Shown here: piece after piece, positions 36,664 to 44,933 of the stretch | How positions within the stretch are numbered: position 1 is the first letter of the stretch | How the letters are laid out: the number at the start of each line of letters is the position of its first letter | Origin: Alphaproteobacteria bacterium | GTDB lineage: Bacteria > Pseudomonadota > Alphaproteobacteria > Rs-D84 | Assembly (NCBI GenBank): GCA_016927395.1 | Contig: JAFGMU010000010.1 | Span: 1 to 50,952, forward strand | Direction of reading: 5' to 3' | Length of the DNA stretch: 50,952 nt | The notes under the pieces: model-generated | Seen by the model: the letters and a program-made list of their open reading frames with translations, nothing else | What the model was told of the DNA's origin: nothing | Database searches by the model: none | Position numbers and translations under genes: made by a program

Positions 36664-38304
36664 ATGAAAATAACATCTAGAAATTTTGGACAAACTCTTC
36701 CCTTTGCGTTGTGCTTGGTCCCATTGTTGTTTGGATGCGCAGCAAAAGAATCAAAACAGGTAGCTGCCGAAGTAGATCAAAATTTTGTTAATGCTTATGA
36801 TGCATTTGAAATGGCAAAAAATCCACGTGCCAAGGTTACCAGTGGTGATACCGTTTCTATGTCCGAAGGTGTTTGGTTGGGTGATAAATCAACAGTTTTG
36901 GAACATAAAAATAATTTGCCATCAAAATTTGAAACAGATACAGGTGTTACAATATTATTGAATGAACCTGTAACTTTACAAGTTTTTGCTAACAATATAA
37001 ATTCTATAACGGGTATACCTGTAAAAATCGATAGTCAGATTAATTCCGAAAAACTAAAGAAAGCAATGAATGTTGCATATACTGGAAAATTGTCGGGTTT
37101 GTTGTCCCAGATTGCAACTGATTTGGATTTGTTGTGGTACTATGACAACAATTCAATTGTGTTTTATGAAACAGAAACCAAGACGTTTACTTTGTATGCG
37201 CTGGGAACAGATGTTTCATATCAATCATCAATAAGAACAGATGATGGAAACCAAGTTTCTTTGGAATCAACTATGAAGGAATGGGACGAAGTTGAAAAAA
37301 CAATTAATTCTATCATAGGTAATACAGACAATGCCAAATTTACAGTATCTCAAAGCTTGGGTACAATTACTGTTACGGCACCTCCATCTATTCAATCTCG
37401 TATACAAGATTATATTGCTAAGCAGAATAAACGTTTGTCACAATTGGTAACAATTGATGTCAAAGTATTGCAGGTTTCTATTGCTAATAACTCTGCTTTT
37501 GGTTTGAATTTGGCTGCGGCTATTAATTCTGCATCTGGTCTGAACATAGTTGCAAACCCAAAGAATAACTTGGCCACAACTGAAGCAAGTTCTATGAACA
37601 TTGCAGTATTGTCAAATGCGGTGTCTGGACTTACCGGTGCGACACACAGTGTTAATGGAACTGAAATAGCTGGTGCATACACAGCAGACCAAATTAAGAA
37701 TGGTGCAATGGCTGGTGTTGCTGGGAGTAATGCTTTAATCCAGGCTCTTGCAAAGCAGGGCAAAGTTTCTTTGGTAACAAATGTTGGTGTTACAACACGT
37801 AATAACCGTGTTGCACCAGTATCAAATACCAAGACCACAGGTTATATCAAACGTTTTGAATCGCGCAACTTTACAACTGTTGAATCCAGCACTGTTGACC
37901 AAGATGATTTGGAAACAGGATTTTCAATGCAATTGTTACCAAACGTTTTGGAAAATGGTAAGATATTACTGTTATTCAAAATGTCCGTTCGTGAATTACT
38001 GAAAATGTCCACCCAGACAATTGGGGAGGTAACTTTGCAATTGCCAGAGGTTGAAGAACGCAGCTTTATGCAGGAAGTAATCATGGAATCTGGTCAGATG
38101 TTGGTTGTATCTGGATTTGAAAAACAGACAAATAATGATACCAGATATGGTATCGGCGACCCAGATTTTATGGCGTTGTCTGGTTCCCGTGAAACAGAAA
38201 GCCAGCGTGATGTTTTGGTTGTAATCCTGACACCACAGGTATTGGTCAGTCCGATGGATGTTGAACGTAATATTCAACAGCATTGGGGCGCACCTTTGAA
38301 CTAG
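36664..38304 (+). CDS. lipoprotein secretin, PilN (type IVB pilus)/TcpC-like
   Basis: 546 aa. Lipobox LLFGC. The secretin core is GKVSLVTNVGVTTRNNRVAPV...GFSMQLLPNVLENGKILL...LPEVEERSFMQEVIMESGQMLVVSGF...VLVVILTPQVL. Confidence 0.8.
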   Translation: MKITSRNFGQTLPFALCLVPLLFGCAAKESKQVAAEVDQNFVNAYDAFEMAKNPRAKVTSGDTVSMSEGVWLGDKSTVLEHKNNLPSKFETDTGVTILLNEPVTLQVFANNINSITGIPVKIDSQINSEKLKKAMNVAYTGKLSGLLSQIATDLDLLWYYDNNSIVFYETETKTFTLYALGTDVSYQSSIRTDDGNQVSLESTMKEWDEVEKTINSIIGNTDNAKFTVSQSLGTITVTAPPSIQSRIQDYIAKQNKRLSQLVTIDVKVLQVSIANNSAFGLNLAAAINSASGLNIVANPKNNLATTEASSMNIAVLSNAVSGLTGATHSVNGTEIAGAYTADQIKNGAMAGVAGSNALIQALAKQGKVSLVTNVGVTTRNNRVAPVSNTKTTGYIKRFESRNFTTVESSTVDQDDLETGFSMQLLPNVLENGKILLLFKMSVRELLKMSTQTIGEVTLQLPEVEERSFMQEVIMESGQMLVVSGFEKQTNNDTRYGIGDPDFMALSGSRETESQRDVLVVILTPQVLVSPMDVERNIQQHWGAPLN

Positions 38305-38331
38305 AAATTCAGATACTTGTATCCAAGTAGG

Positions 38332-38366
38332 AAATGCGTCATTTTTATGTGGCGCATTTTTATTTT
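38332..38366 (+). terminator. intrinsic terminator after the secretin gene
   Basis: 10-bp stem AAATGCGTCA / TGGCGCATTT (one G-U) followed by a T-run. Lies inside the ORF-track 5' extension of the next gene. Confidence 0.8.
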
Positions 38367-38403
38367 ATTGTGCTATAGTTGGACAAATAAAAAAGGTTTT
38401 GTC

Positions 38404-39273
38404 ATGAATTATAATGAGTTGAGTATCCGATTCAATCTGGAAGATTTGAATGAATTTGCACCCAAATATTTTAAGGAAGTTAAAGATTCAAAAGAACCTG
38501 TCGAAATAAAAGTAGAATTTGTATTAAATAAAAATAATATAATCGAAGCAGTAATTCAGTATTACAAGAATAAATATCCAAATATTGATAGATCTGATAA
38601 TGTTTTTTGTACTGGTCAGAATTTATGCGGACTGGAGGTTATAATCGGTAAAAGTGTAAATATAGATGGAATAGAAGTACCAATTGGTTTCGAAAATGAA
38701 ACAGTTGAAAGTATTTTTAATGAAAAATTTAACGATCCAAAAAGTACAGGTATTTTTTCAATAAAAAGATTAAGAAACTGCGGAAAGCCCAAAGAAATAA
38801 ATATGAAAAATCAAACAGCAGATATGGATGAATATGGGGAATGTTGTGAAAAATATTATTATACTGTTGATAAAATAGAATCACTAAAGCAAGAAATACA
38901 ATTACTACAAAATCAACAACCAAAAAATGATATCTTTGGCTTTAAAAAGAGAAAAAATAATGAACAATTTAAAAAATTATTCCATGAAAAAGAAGGGTTA
39001 GAGCAAAAAAAGATTGAATTAGCAGTAGAAAAAGGCAGGGTATTTTTTAGCTTTGGTTTTGATCCAAGATTGATATTGGCATATGCATACAGATTAGCTG
39101 CTATGAAAAAAATCGAAATGATTTTGAAACAGTTTGATTTTTATAAAAAAGATGGAACACTTGAGAAATTTAAATTTGTACCAAACATAATGTTAAAGCC
39201 AGATAATAAAAGAAAGTTATCATCAATAATTGCTATTAGCAATAATGGCGAAAAAAGATCATATGGTGGTTAA
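38404..39273 (+). CDS. orphan hypothetical protein (289 aa)
   Basis: Start moved to ATG 38404, downstream of the terminator. No signal peptide. Lys/Glu/Asn-rich with a central coiled-coil-like stretch. No family recognised. Confidence 0.5.
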   Translation: MNYNELSIRFNLEDLNEFAPKYFKEVKDSKEPVEIKVEFVLNKNNIIEAVIQYYKNKYPNIDRSDNVFCTGQNLCGLEVIIGKSVNIDGIEVPIGFENETVESIFNEKFNDPKSTGIFSIKRLRNCGKPKEINMKNQTADMDEYGECCEKYYYTVDKIESLKQEIQLLQNQQPKNDIFGFKKRKNNEQFKKLFHEKEGLEQKKIELAVEKGRVFFSFGFDPRLILAYAYRLAAMKKIEMILKQFDFYKKDGTLEKFKFVPNIMLKPDNKRKLSSIIAISNNGEKRSYGG

Positions 39274-39292
39274 TAACTGGTATTATAAATAT

Positions 39293-39323
39293 AAAAAAAA
39301 TCGGGATATTTCCCGATTTTTTT
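39293..39323. terminator. bidirectional intrinsic terminator
   Basis: AAAAAATCGGGA-TATT-TCCCGATTTTTT between convergent genes. Confidence 0.85.
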
Positions 39324-39341
39324 ATAAGATTTTAAAAATCA

Positions 39342-39602
39342 TTAGGCTATTTTATTAACTTTTTTGACCAATCTGGAAACTTTGCGAGCTGCACGTTTCT
39401 TAGGCATGATTTTACCCGCTGATTTCATAATTTTTGATTCTGCATCACGCAATGCAGCAGCTGCAGCTGCTTTTACGTTGGATTCAACAGCTTTTACAAC
39501 TTTTTTAACAGATGTTTTAACCGAAGAACGACGTGCAGTATTAACAGCATTTTTCTTTGCTGTTACCAAAATTCTTTTTTTAGCTGACTTATGATTTGCC
39601 AC
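39342..39602 (-). CDS. rpsT: 30S ribosomal protein S20
   Basis: 86 aa. MANHKSAKKR N-terminus and a basic helical protein. Confidence 0.93.
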   Translation of the reverse strand: MANHKSAKKRILVTAKKNAVNTARRSSVKTSVKKVVKAVESNVKAAAAAALRDAESKIMKSAGKIMPKKRAARKVSRLVKKVNKIA

Positions 39603-39675
39603 TTTATTTTCCTTTTATTTACTTTGTCTGTATGGTATTTTATAGAAAACAAACATAAAATCAAGGGAAAATAAA

Positions 39676-40263
39676 ATGATATATGTATTAGGAATAATAG
39701 TTTCATATCTTTTGGGTAGCATACCATTTGGATTGTTAATTGCACGTGCAGCAGGCAAGGGTGATTTAAGAAAAGTTGGTAGTGGTAATATTGGTGCTAC
39801 AAATGTAATGCGCGTTGGCGGGTTAAAGCTTGCAGGCTTGGTTTGGTTGTTGGATATGGCTAAATCCATAGCTGCTGTTGTTTTGGGAATTATGTTGGTT
39901 GGTGAAACATTTGGTGCCTTGTGCGGATTTATATCGATTGTTGGACATTGTTATCCTGTATGGTTGGGATTCAAGGGTGGTAAAGGAAATTCATCAATGT
40001 TTGGTGTATTATTAGCTATAAGTCCTTTGTCATTTATAATATGTGGAGTTGAATGGTTGTTTGTTGCTTTTGCAACTGGGTATTCCTCGGCTGGTGCGGT
40101 TGTAGGATTTTTGATTTTACCATTTTTGGGATTTGCAATTAGTTTTAATATGGGTTTGGTTTTTCTTGCAATATCGATTCTTTGCCTGTGGCGCCATAAA
40201 GAAAATATAAAAAGATTAGTCAAAGGGACTGAATCCAAAATTGAATGGAAGTGGAAAAAATAA
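39676..40263 (+). CDS. plsY: glycerol-3-phosphate acyltransferase PlsY
   Basis: 195 aa. GSIPFGLLIA, GSGNIGATNVMR and FKGGKG motifs. Confidence 0.92.
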   Translation: MIYVLGIIVSYLLGSIPFGLLIARAAGKGDLRKVGSGNIGATNVMRVGGLKLAGLVWLLDMAKSIAAVVLGIMLVGETFGALCGFISIVGHCYPVWLGFKGGKGNSSMFGVLLAISPLSFIICGVEWLFVAFATGYSSAGAVVGFLILPFLGFAISFNMGLVFLAISILCLWRHKENIKRLVKGTESKIEWKWKK

Positions 40264-40290
40264 AAAATCGGCATTTAATGCCGATTTTAT
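40262..40290 (+). terminator. intrinsic terminator
   Basis: AAAATCGGCAT-TTA-ATGCCGATTTT. Confidence 0.8.
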
Positions 40291-40328
40291 TTATCAATTT
40301 ATTTTTACTTTATTAAAATCCTTATTTA

Positions 40329-40337
40329 TGATACAAT
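40329..40337 (+). promoter_or_regulatory. extended -10 element TGATACAAT
   Basis: The same 9-mer recurs at 43915-43923 and 44934-44942, each 22-28 bp upstream of a secreted-protein start. Confidence 0.45.
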
Positions 40338-40364
40338 ATACACATCACATATAGGGATTTGGAG

Positions 40365-41171
40365 ATGAAAAAATTACTGTCCTTTTTAGCAATCGTTTTA
40401 ATAAGTGCTTCCTCTTTTGGTGCTCAGACTGCAACTGATCGTCGTAGTATGGCGGTACAGTGGGGCAGTGCACCGCGTACGACAACGGTATCTAAAAATC
40501 AAATCAGGGCAACCACCACAACAGATGCTACAACTACTACAGCAGTGGCGACTGCAATTGAACAGCAAAAGCAAGCATGCATAAATAATAATATTGGTGC
40601 AGGAAATACTTTTGTTTGGGCATCAAAATACAGCAATACTTCTAATTACTCTTCTATGGTTGAAGATACAGAAGTTCCAGAAAACAATGTTTGTTTTGTT
40701 CGTGTTGACTTAAAATCTTCTGATTCCAGGGTAGATATTTCTGATATTGCGCCTGTTTATTATCCAATGGGCCAAAGCATTGTTTGTGGAAATTGGGCCG
40801 ATAGTGGAAAAATCAAAGATAGAATTTTGGATGCTAAAAAATCAGCCAGAACATGGGGCACAGTTGCAGGTGCAGTTGGTGGTGCGGGTGTCGGTGTTGG
40901 CGCTATGGAATTATTTGGTAACAAACTGATTGGTGGAAAAGTCGAAGGACAAAAAGACAAAAAACTTACCCAGGATGAAGTTTTGCGTTCACAATTGTTA
41001 GTTTTTAAACAAGACGACAAAAATGGATATGATAAATTAAAAATGGATCTGGAAGAATTGCAGGAAGAATGCGAAAGCGTTTGGTCTAATGTTAGTAAAA
41101 ATGAAAAACCAGAAGGTTGTAAGTCGATTGATTATATTAACATGCTGGCTATTATGTCCACAATTAAGTAA
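40365..41171 (+). CDS. secreted/membrane protein with glycine-zipper segment (268 aa)
   Basis: Signal peptide MKKLLSFLAIVLISASSFGAQ, Thr-rich tract, then the WGTVAGAVGGAGVGVGAMELFG glycine zipper and a charged C-terminal tail. Confidence 0.55.
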   Translation: MKKLLSFLAIVLISASSFGAQTATDRRSMAVQWGSAPRTTTVSKNQIRATTTTDATTTTAVATAIEQQKQACINNNIGAGNTFVWASKYSNTSNYSSMVEDTEVPENNVCFVRVDLKSSDSRVDISDIAPVYYPMGQSIVCGNWADSGKIKDRILDAKKSARTWGTVAGAVGGAGVGVGAMELFGNKLIGGKVEGQKDKKLTQDEVLRSQLLVFKQDDKNGYDKLKMDLEELQEECESVWSNVSKNEKPEGCKSIDYINMLAIMSTIK

Positions 41172-41192
41172 CTTTGATTTTGTTTTTTAATT

Positions 41193-41222
41193 TACGCACC
41201 CACATCAGGGTGCGTTTTTTTA
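41193..41222 (+). terminator. intrinsic terminator
   Basis: ACGCACCC-ACATCA-GGGTGCGT followed by TTTTTT. Confidence 0.85.
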
Positions 41223-41269
41223 TAACAATTTAGCTTTTAAGATTTTTATTAAAAGTTTATACTTATTAT

Positions 41270-42292
41270 ATGGAAGATTTATTTAATAAATTATTGGTTT
41301 TGCGTACACCAGGTATAGGTCCTGCAAAATATAATGAACTGATTCGAAAGTTTGGTGATATTTATTCAGTCGTTTCTTTTTTGTCGAATGATGAAAAAAT
41401 AAAAGATTTAGTTAATCGCGAATTAGAAATAGCGCAAAAGTTGGGAATAATTTATCTTTCAGATGATAATCCTTTGTATCCGGAAAATTTATGCAAAATA
41501 AAAAATCATCCACCTGTGTTAACAGTTCGTGGAAATGTATCTGTTTTTAATAAGTCTGCGGTAAGTATGGTTGGAACTCGTCACGCAACTGGTGCAGGAA
41601 TAAGATTTATGTCAGATTTGGCGGAATCATTTGCAAAAAATGAATATGTTGTTGTATCTGGAATGGCAATGGGAACAGATACAGCTGCACACAGGGGTTC
41701 ATTAAAAGTATCTGGCGATTCGCAAACAATTGCTGTACTAGCCGGTGGTGTTGATAATATTTGGCCACTAGAAAATGAATATTTATACAGTGAAATAATC
41801 GAACGTGGTGCAATAATCAGTGAAATGCCAATTGGAATGACACCAATGGCCAAAAATTTTATACAAAGAAATCACTGGATTGCAGGGTTGTCAGATAAAT
41901 TAATCCTGGGCGAAGCTGATTTGAAATCAGGAAGTATGACAACCGCTCGATTCGCAATTGAATATAATAGAGATGTCTGGGCAATTCCTTCGCATCCCCT
42001 GGATTCCAGGTCTGCTGGACCAAATAGTTTGATAAAAGAAGGTTTGGCAAATTTATGTTCCGGACCCCAAGATTTTTTTAATATGAATCAAAATATAACA
42101 AAAAATAAAAATAATTGTTCTGAAAAAGAAATTGAAAATGATCTGTTGGACAAATTAGGTGTTATTCCAGTATCAGAATCTGTATTGGCAGAACTTGTCA
42201 AAAAAAGTATTTCGGAAATTAAAAGTGATTTGGTGGTGTTAGAATTGCAAGGATTAGTAGCAAAACAAAATGGTGGTTATGTAAAATTATAA
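41270..42292 (+). CDS. dprA: DNA processing protein DprA (Smf)
   Basis: 340 aa. Rossmann-like core VGTRHATGAG, SGMAMGTDTAAHRG and GSMTTARFA motifs. Confidence 0.88.
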   Translation: MEDLFNKLLVLRTPGIGPAKYNELIRKFGDIYSVVSFLSNDEKIKDLVNRELEIAQKLGIIYLSDDNPLYPENLCKIKNHPPVLTVRGNVSVFNKSAVSMVGTRHATGAGIRFMSDLAESFAKNEYVVVSGMAMGTDTAAHRGSLKVSGDSQTIAVLAGGVDNIWPLENEYLYSEIIERGAIISEMPIGMTPMAKNFIQRNHWIAGLSDKLILGEADLKSGSMTTARFAIEYNRDVWAIPSHPLDSRSAGPNSLIKEGLANLCSGPQDFFNMNQNITKNKNNCSEKEIENDLLDKLGVIPVSESVLAELVKKSISEIKSDLVVLELQGLVAKQNGGYVKL

Positions 42293-42485
42293 ACATCAGT
42301 TTGTCAATACAGTGTCTATACAAGGTGCAGAAAACCGATAAAAAAACGAATCGGTGTCAAAAAATAAATGTTAAAAAAAGTGCAATAAAAAGTTGCAAAA
42401 CGAAAATTATCTTATAACTTAGCAGTCGTATCCAAACGATTGAGAAATCAATTAAAAAAACAAGAGTAGAGAATGTCACATAAAA

Positions 42486-42520
42486 ACTAAATTCTATGTG
42501 CAAAGTCAGTAGAATTTAGT
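42486..42520. repeat. perfect 11-bp inverted repeat ACTAAATTCTA-N13-TAGAATTTAGT
   Basis: Arms at 42486-42496 and 42510-42520, 72 bp upstream of the dnaA ATG. Confidence 0.85.
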
Positions 42521-42591
42521 GTTTATGTACAGGTGTTTTTTACATCTTGTGCGGTTCGGCGAACTCTTTTAGGGAAGGAAGGAGAAACGGC

Positions 42592-43872
42592 ATGGCGGCA
42601 ACAGCAAAGATACAGGTAGCTAATCTGGAATCTATAAAAATGGCAATAGCTGAAAAAATGGATTCCGTAGCTTTTAGCTCTTGGATTGTGCCGCTTAAAT
42701 TTGATGTATCTGCAAATACTCTTTCTCTTATTGCTCAAAATCAATTCTCGGCTGATTTTATCAAAAGTGTTTATTCAAATGTTTTGCAATCAGTTGCTGA
42801 TGATTTCAATTTATCATTATATATTGGTTCAGGTACATGTGTTCAAAAAATAACTACTTCTGCAAATGATAATAATGAAGCAAAAATTTTTGTTCCAGCA
42901 CAGTCTGTTACAACAAAACCTGCTGCTTTTGACAACTTTATAATGTCAGAAGAAAATACATTCGTTTTATCGGCTTGTAAAAAACTGGCGTTGGGTGGTG
43001 CATCTTTTTCACCTTTGTTTTTATATGGTCAGACAGGTTGTGGCAAAAGTTTGCTAGCCAGTTGTATAAGCGCGGAAAGCAAAGGTCGTACACTTATGAT
43101 GACCGGATCCCAGTTTGTATCAGAATTTGGTCGCGCAATGTCAGAACGTTCTGTTTTTGCATTCAAAGATTTTTGTCGCAACTGTGATACTTTTATTTTG
43201 GATGATGTTCATGTTTTATCTGGAAAGCATGCAACCACAGAAGAATTTTTGAATCTTCTGATGGATTTGCGCAGCACAAATAAAAATATAGTTTTAACTG
43301 CTAATGCGGCCCCAGGAAACTTGTCTGGATTTGATCGTCGTATTCAATCATTGTTTGCATCTGGTTTGGTTGCTGATATTTCAACACCAAACAAAAATGT
43401 TAAAAAAACAATGTTGCTGCGTAATGGTGTTGGATTAGATGTTGCAGAAATGTTGTCTGGCAGAATTTCTGGTGATGGTCATTTGATAAATGGTGTTGCA
43501 AAGAAAATTAAAACATATACAGAATTAATGAATGAAAAAGTAACATCCGATATCGCAGAAAAATTATTATCAGATACATTGCAAAAAAATAAAACACCAA
43601 TTTCAATGGTAAAATCCATGTGTGAAAAATTGGGCGTATCATACGATGCAATTTGTGGAACAGGTCGCAGTCGCACATTGGTTCGTGCACGTCAGATAAT
43701 GATGGTTGCACTGAAATCTGCAACAAAAATGTCTTTGTCAGAAATTGGTCGTGTTTGTGGCGATCGCGATCATGCGACTGTTTTGTACGCCGTGTCCCAA
43801 ATTGAAAAGGCACGTGGCAGTGATTTAATGCTGGCGGCTGAAATTGATCAGATGATCGAAGAATGCCGTTAA
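42592..43872 (+). CDS. dnaA: chromosomal replication initiator DnaA (highly divergent)
   Basis: 426 aa from ATG 42592 (AAGGAG 7 nt upstream). Walker A GQTGCGKS, Walker B ILDDVH, and a domain IV block RARQIMMVALKSATKMSLSEIGRVCGDRDHATVLYA. Confidence 0.85.
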   Translation: MAATAKIQVANLESIKMAIAEKMDSVAFSSWIVPLKFDVSANTLSLIAQNQFSADFIKSVYSNVLQSVADDFNLSLYIGSGTCVQKITTSANDNNEAKIFVPAQSVTTKPAAFDNFIMSEENTFVLSACKKLALGGASFSPLFLYGQTGCGKSLLASCISAESKGRTLMMTGSQFVSEFGRAMSERSVFAFKDFCRNCDTFILDDVHVLSGKHATTEEFLNLLMDLRSTNKNIVLTANAAPGNLSGFDRRIQSLFASGLVADISTPNKNVKKTMLLRNGVGLDVAEMLSGRISGDGHLINGVAKKIKTYTELMNEKVTSDIAEKLLSDTLQKNKTPISMVKSMCEKLGVSYDAICGTGRSRTLVRARQIMMVALKSATKMSLSEIGRVCGDRDHATVLYAVSQIEKARGSDLMLAAEIDQMIEECR

Positions 43873-43914
43873 TTAAAATTCAATCTTTATAACATTTTAT
43901 TCTATCTGAATTTG

Positions 43915-43923
43915 TGATACAAT
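43915..43923 (+). promoter_or_regulatory. extended -10 element TGATACAAT
   Basis: 22 bp upstream of ATG 43945. Confidence 0.45.
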
Positions 43924-43944
43924 TGCTAAGCAGGTAGGAGTATT

Positions 43945-44880
43945 ATGAAAAAATTATTAATTTTTTCTATTTTTTTATTAACTTTTTTCGTATCTGAATC
44001 GGTCAGGGCAGAATTTGTTCTGCAATTACCGTTGACACTGACAAAAGATTCACAAAATCAAAATGATGGTTACGTTTTAATAAATTATGGTAAGAAAATG
44101 GTTGTTTTTTGCGCAGAATACGAAAAACAGTTCTTATTAGATGCTGCCAAGAAAATGGGTGCAACAGCATATAATCTTAAAAACGGGGCTTTATTTCCAG
44201 TTTCAATTGATAAAAAAGCATTGTGTCGAAGGGCGGACGCTTCCAACACTGATGACAGTTATGCATTCCAAGATATAACAGAAACTTTTGTAACACCAAC
44301 TTCGTCTGAATACACAATAAGTTCGGAATATTTAATACCATTTGCTTCCACAAATTCTGATTTGGGTACCACCACAAATGATGTTGATATAACTTTTTCT
44401 TATTTTTATGGGTGTCCATCCAGCAGCAGCGGGGCTTCGGACAATTATTATTTAACTTCTACAGATAAATGTTCAAACAGTTGTCCATCTGGTGCAAAAC
44501 AAATTCCAATAAAAAATTCTGGGGTTTTATCCGGCAAGCTAAATTTGATGATTTTATGCGACGACTATGGCGCTTCGACTGGTGGTGGAACATCAAATGG
44601 AAACGGAAATAATGGTAATGGTGGTAATAATCATGGAAATGGTAACAATCACGGAAATGGACATGGAAAAGGAAAAAATAAAAACCATTCCCAAAGAAAA
44701 TCAGAATGTTTGGCCGCTGCGCCCAAGGGTACATTTTGGAATGAAATTGCCAAGCAATGTAATTGTATTTATAAAAATAAGCCATTTTGGAGTGAAAAGA
44801 AAAAACAATGTGCAGCAATTCCTGATGCTGGCAACACAACAAATACTGACATTTGGCCACCCAAGGGAAACAAAAAATAA
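43945..44880 (+). CDS. secreted Cys-motif protein with Gly/Asn/His-rich tract (311 aa)
   Basis: Signal peptide MKKLLIFSIFLLTFFVSESVRA. Low-complexity GGGTSNGNGNNGNGGNNHGNGNNHGNGHGKGKNKNH. C-terminal motif GTFWNEIAKQCNCIYKNKPFWSEKKKQC is shared with the next gene. Confidence 0.6.
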   Translation: MKKLLIFSIFLLTFFVSESVRAEFVLQLPLTLTKDSQNQNDGYVLINYGKKMVVFCAEYEKQFLLDAAKKMGATAYNLKNGALFPVSIDKKALCRRADASNTDDSYAFQDITETFVTPTSSEYTISSEYLIPFASTNSDLGTTTNDVDITFSYFYGCPSSSSGASDNYYLTSTDKCSNSCPSGAKQIPIKNSGVLSGKLNLMILCDDYGASTGGGTSNGNGNNGNGGNNHGNGNNHGNGHGKGKNKNHSQRKSECLAAAPKGTFWNEIAKQCNCIYKNKPFWSEKKKQCAAIPDAGNTTNTDIWPPKGNKK

Positions 44881-44933
44881 GATCAAAGATGGTTTGTTTG
44901 GATTATTTATCCCTTTCTATCAGGCTGATTTTA

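Noticed and set aside
38317-38403. ORF-track 5' extension of the 38404 gene. There are analogous extensions for dnaJ (49038-49094), trxA (7907-7993), dnaA (42547-42591), the HAD gene (48322-48354) and the PilL-like gene (35733-35759).
   Set aside because: The extensions run through intrinsic terminators or promoters, use TTG or weak starts, and lack an SD. The internal ATGs have good SDs and give canonical N-termini or signal peptides.
42293-42591. Searched for DnaA boxes (TTATCCACA) and CtrA sites (TTAA-N7-TTAA) to call oriC.
   Set aside because: There are no matches with fewer than 2 mismatches (best GTATCCAAA at 42429-42437) and no TTAA-N7-TTAA. The evidence is insufficient to annotate an origin, so only the inverted repeat is reported.
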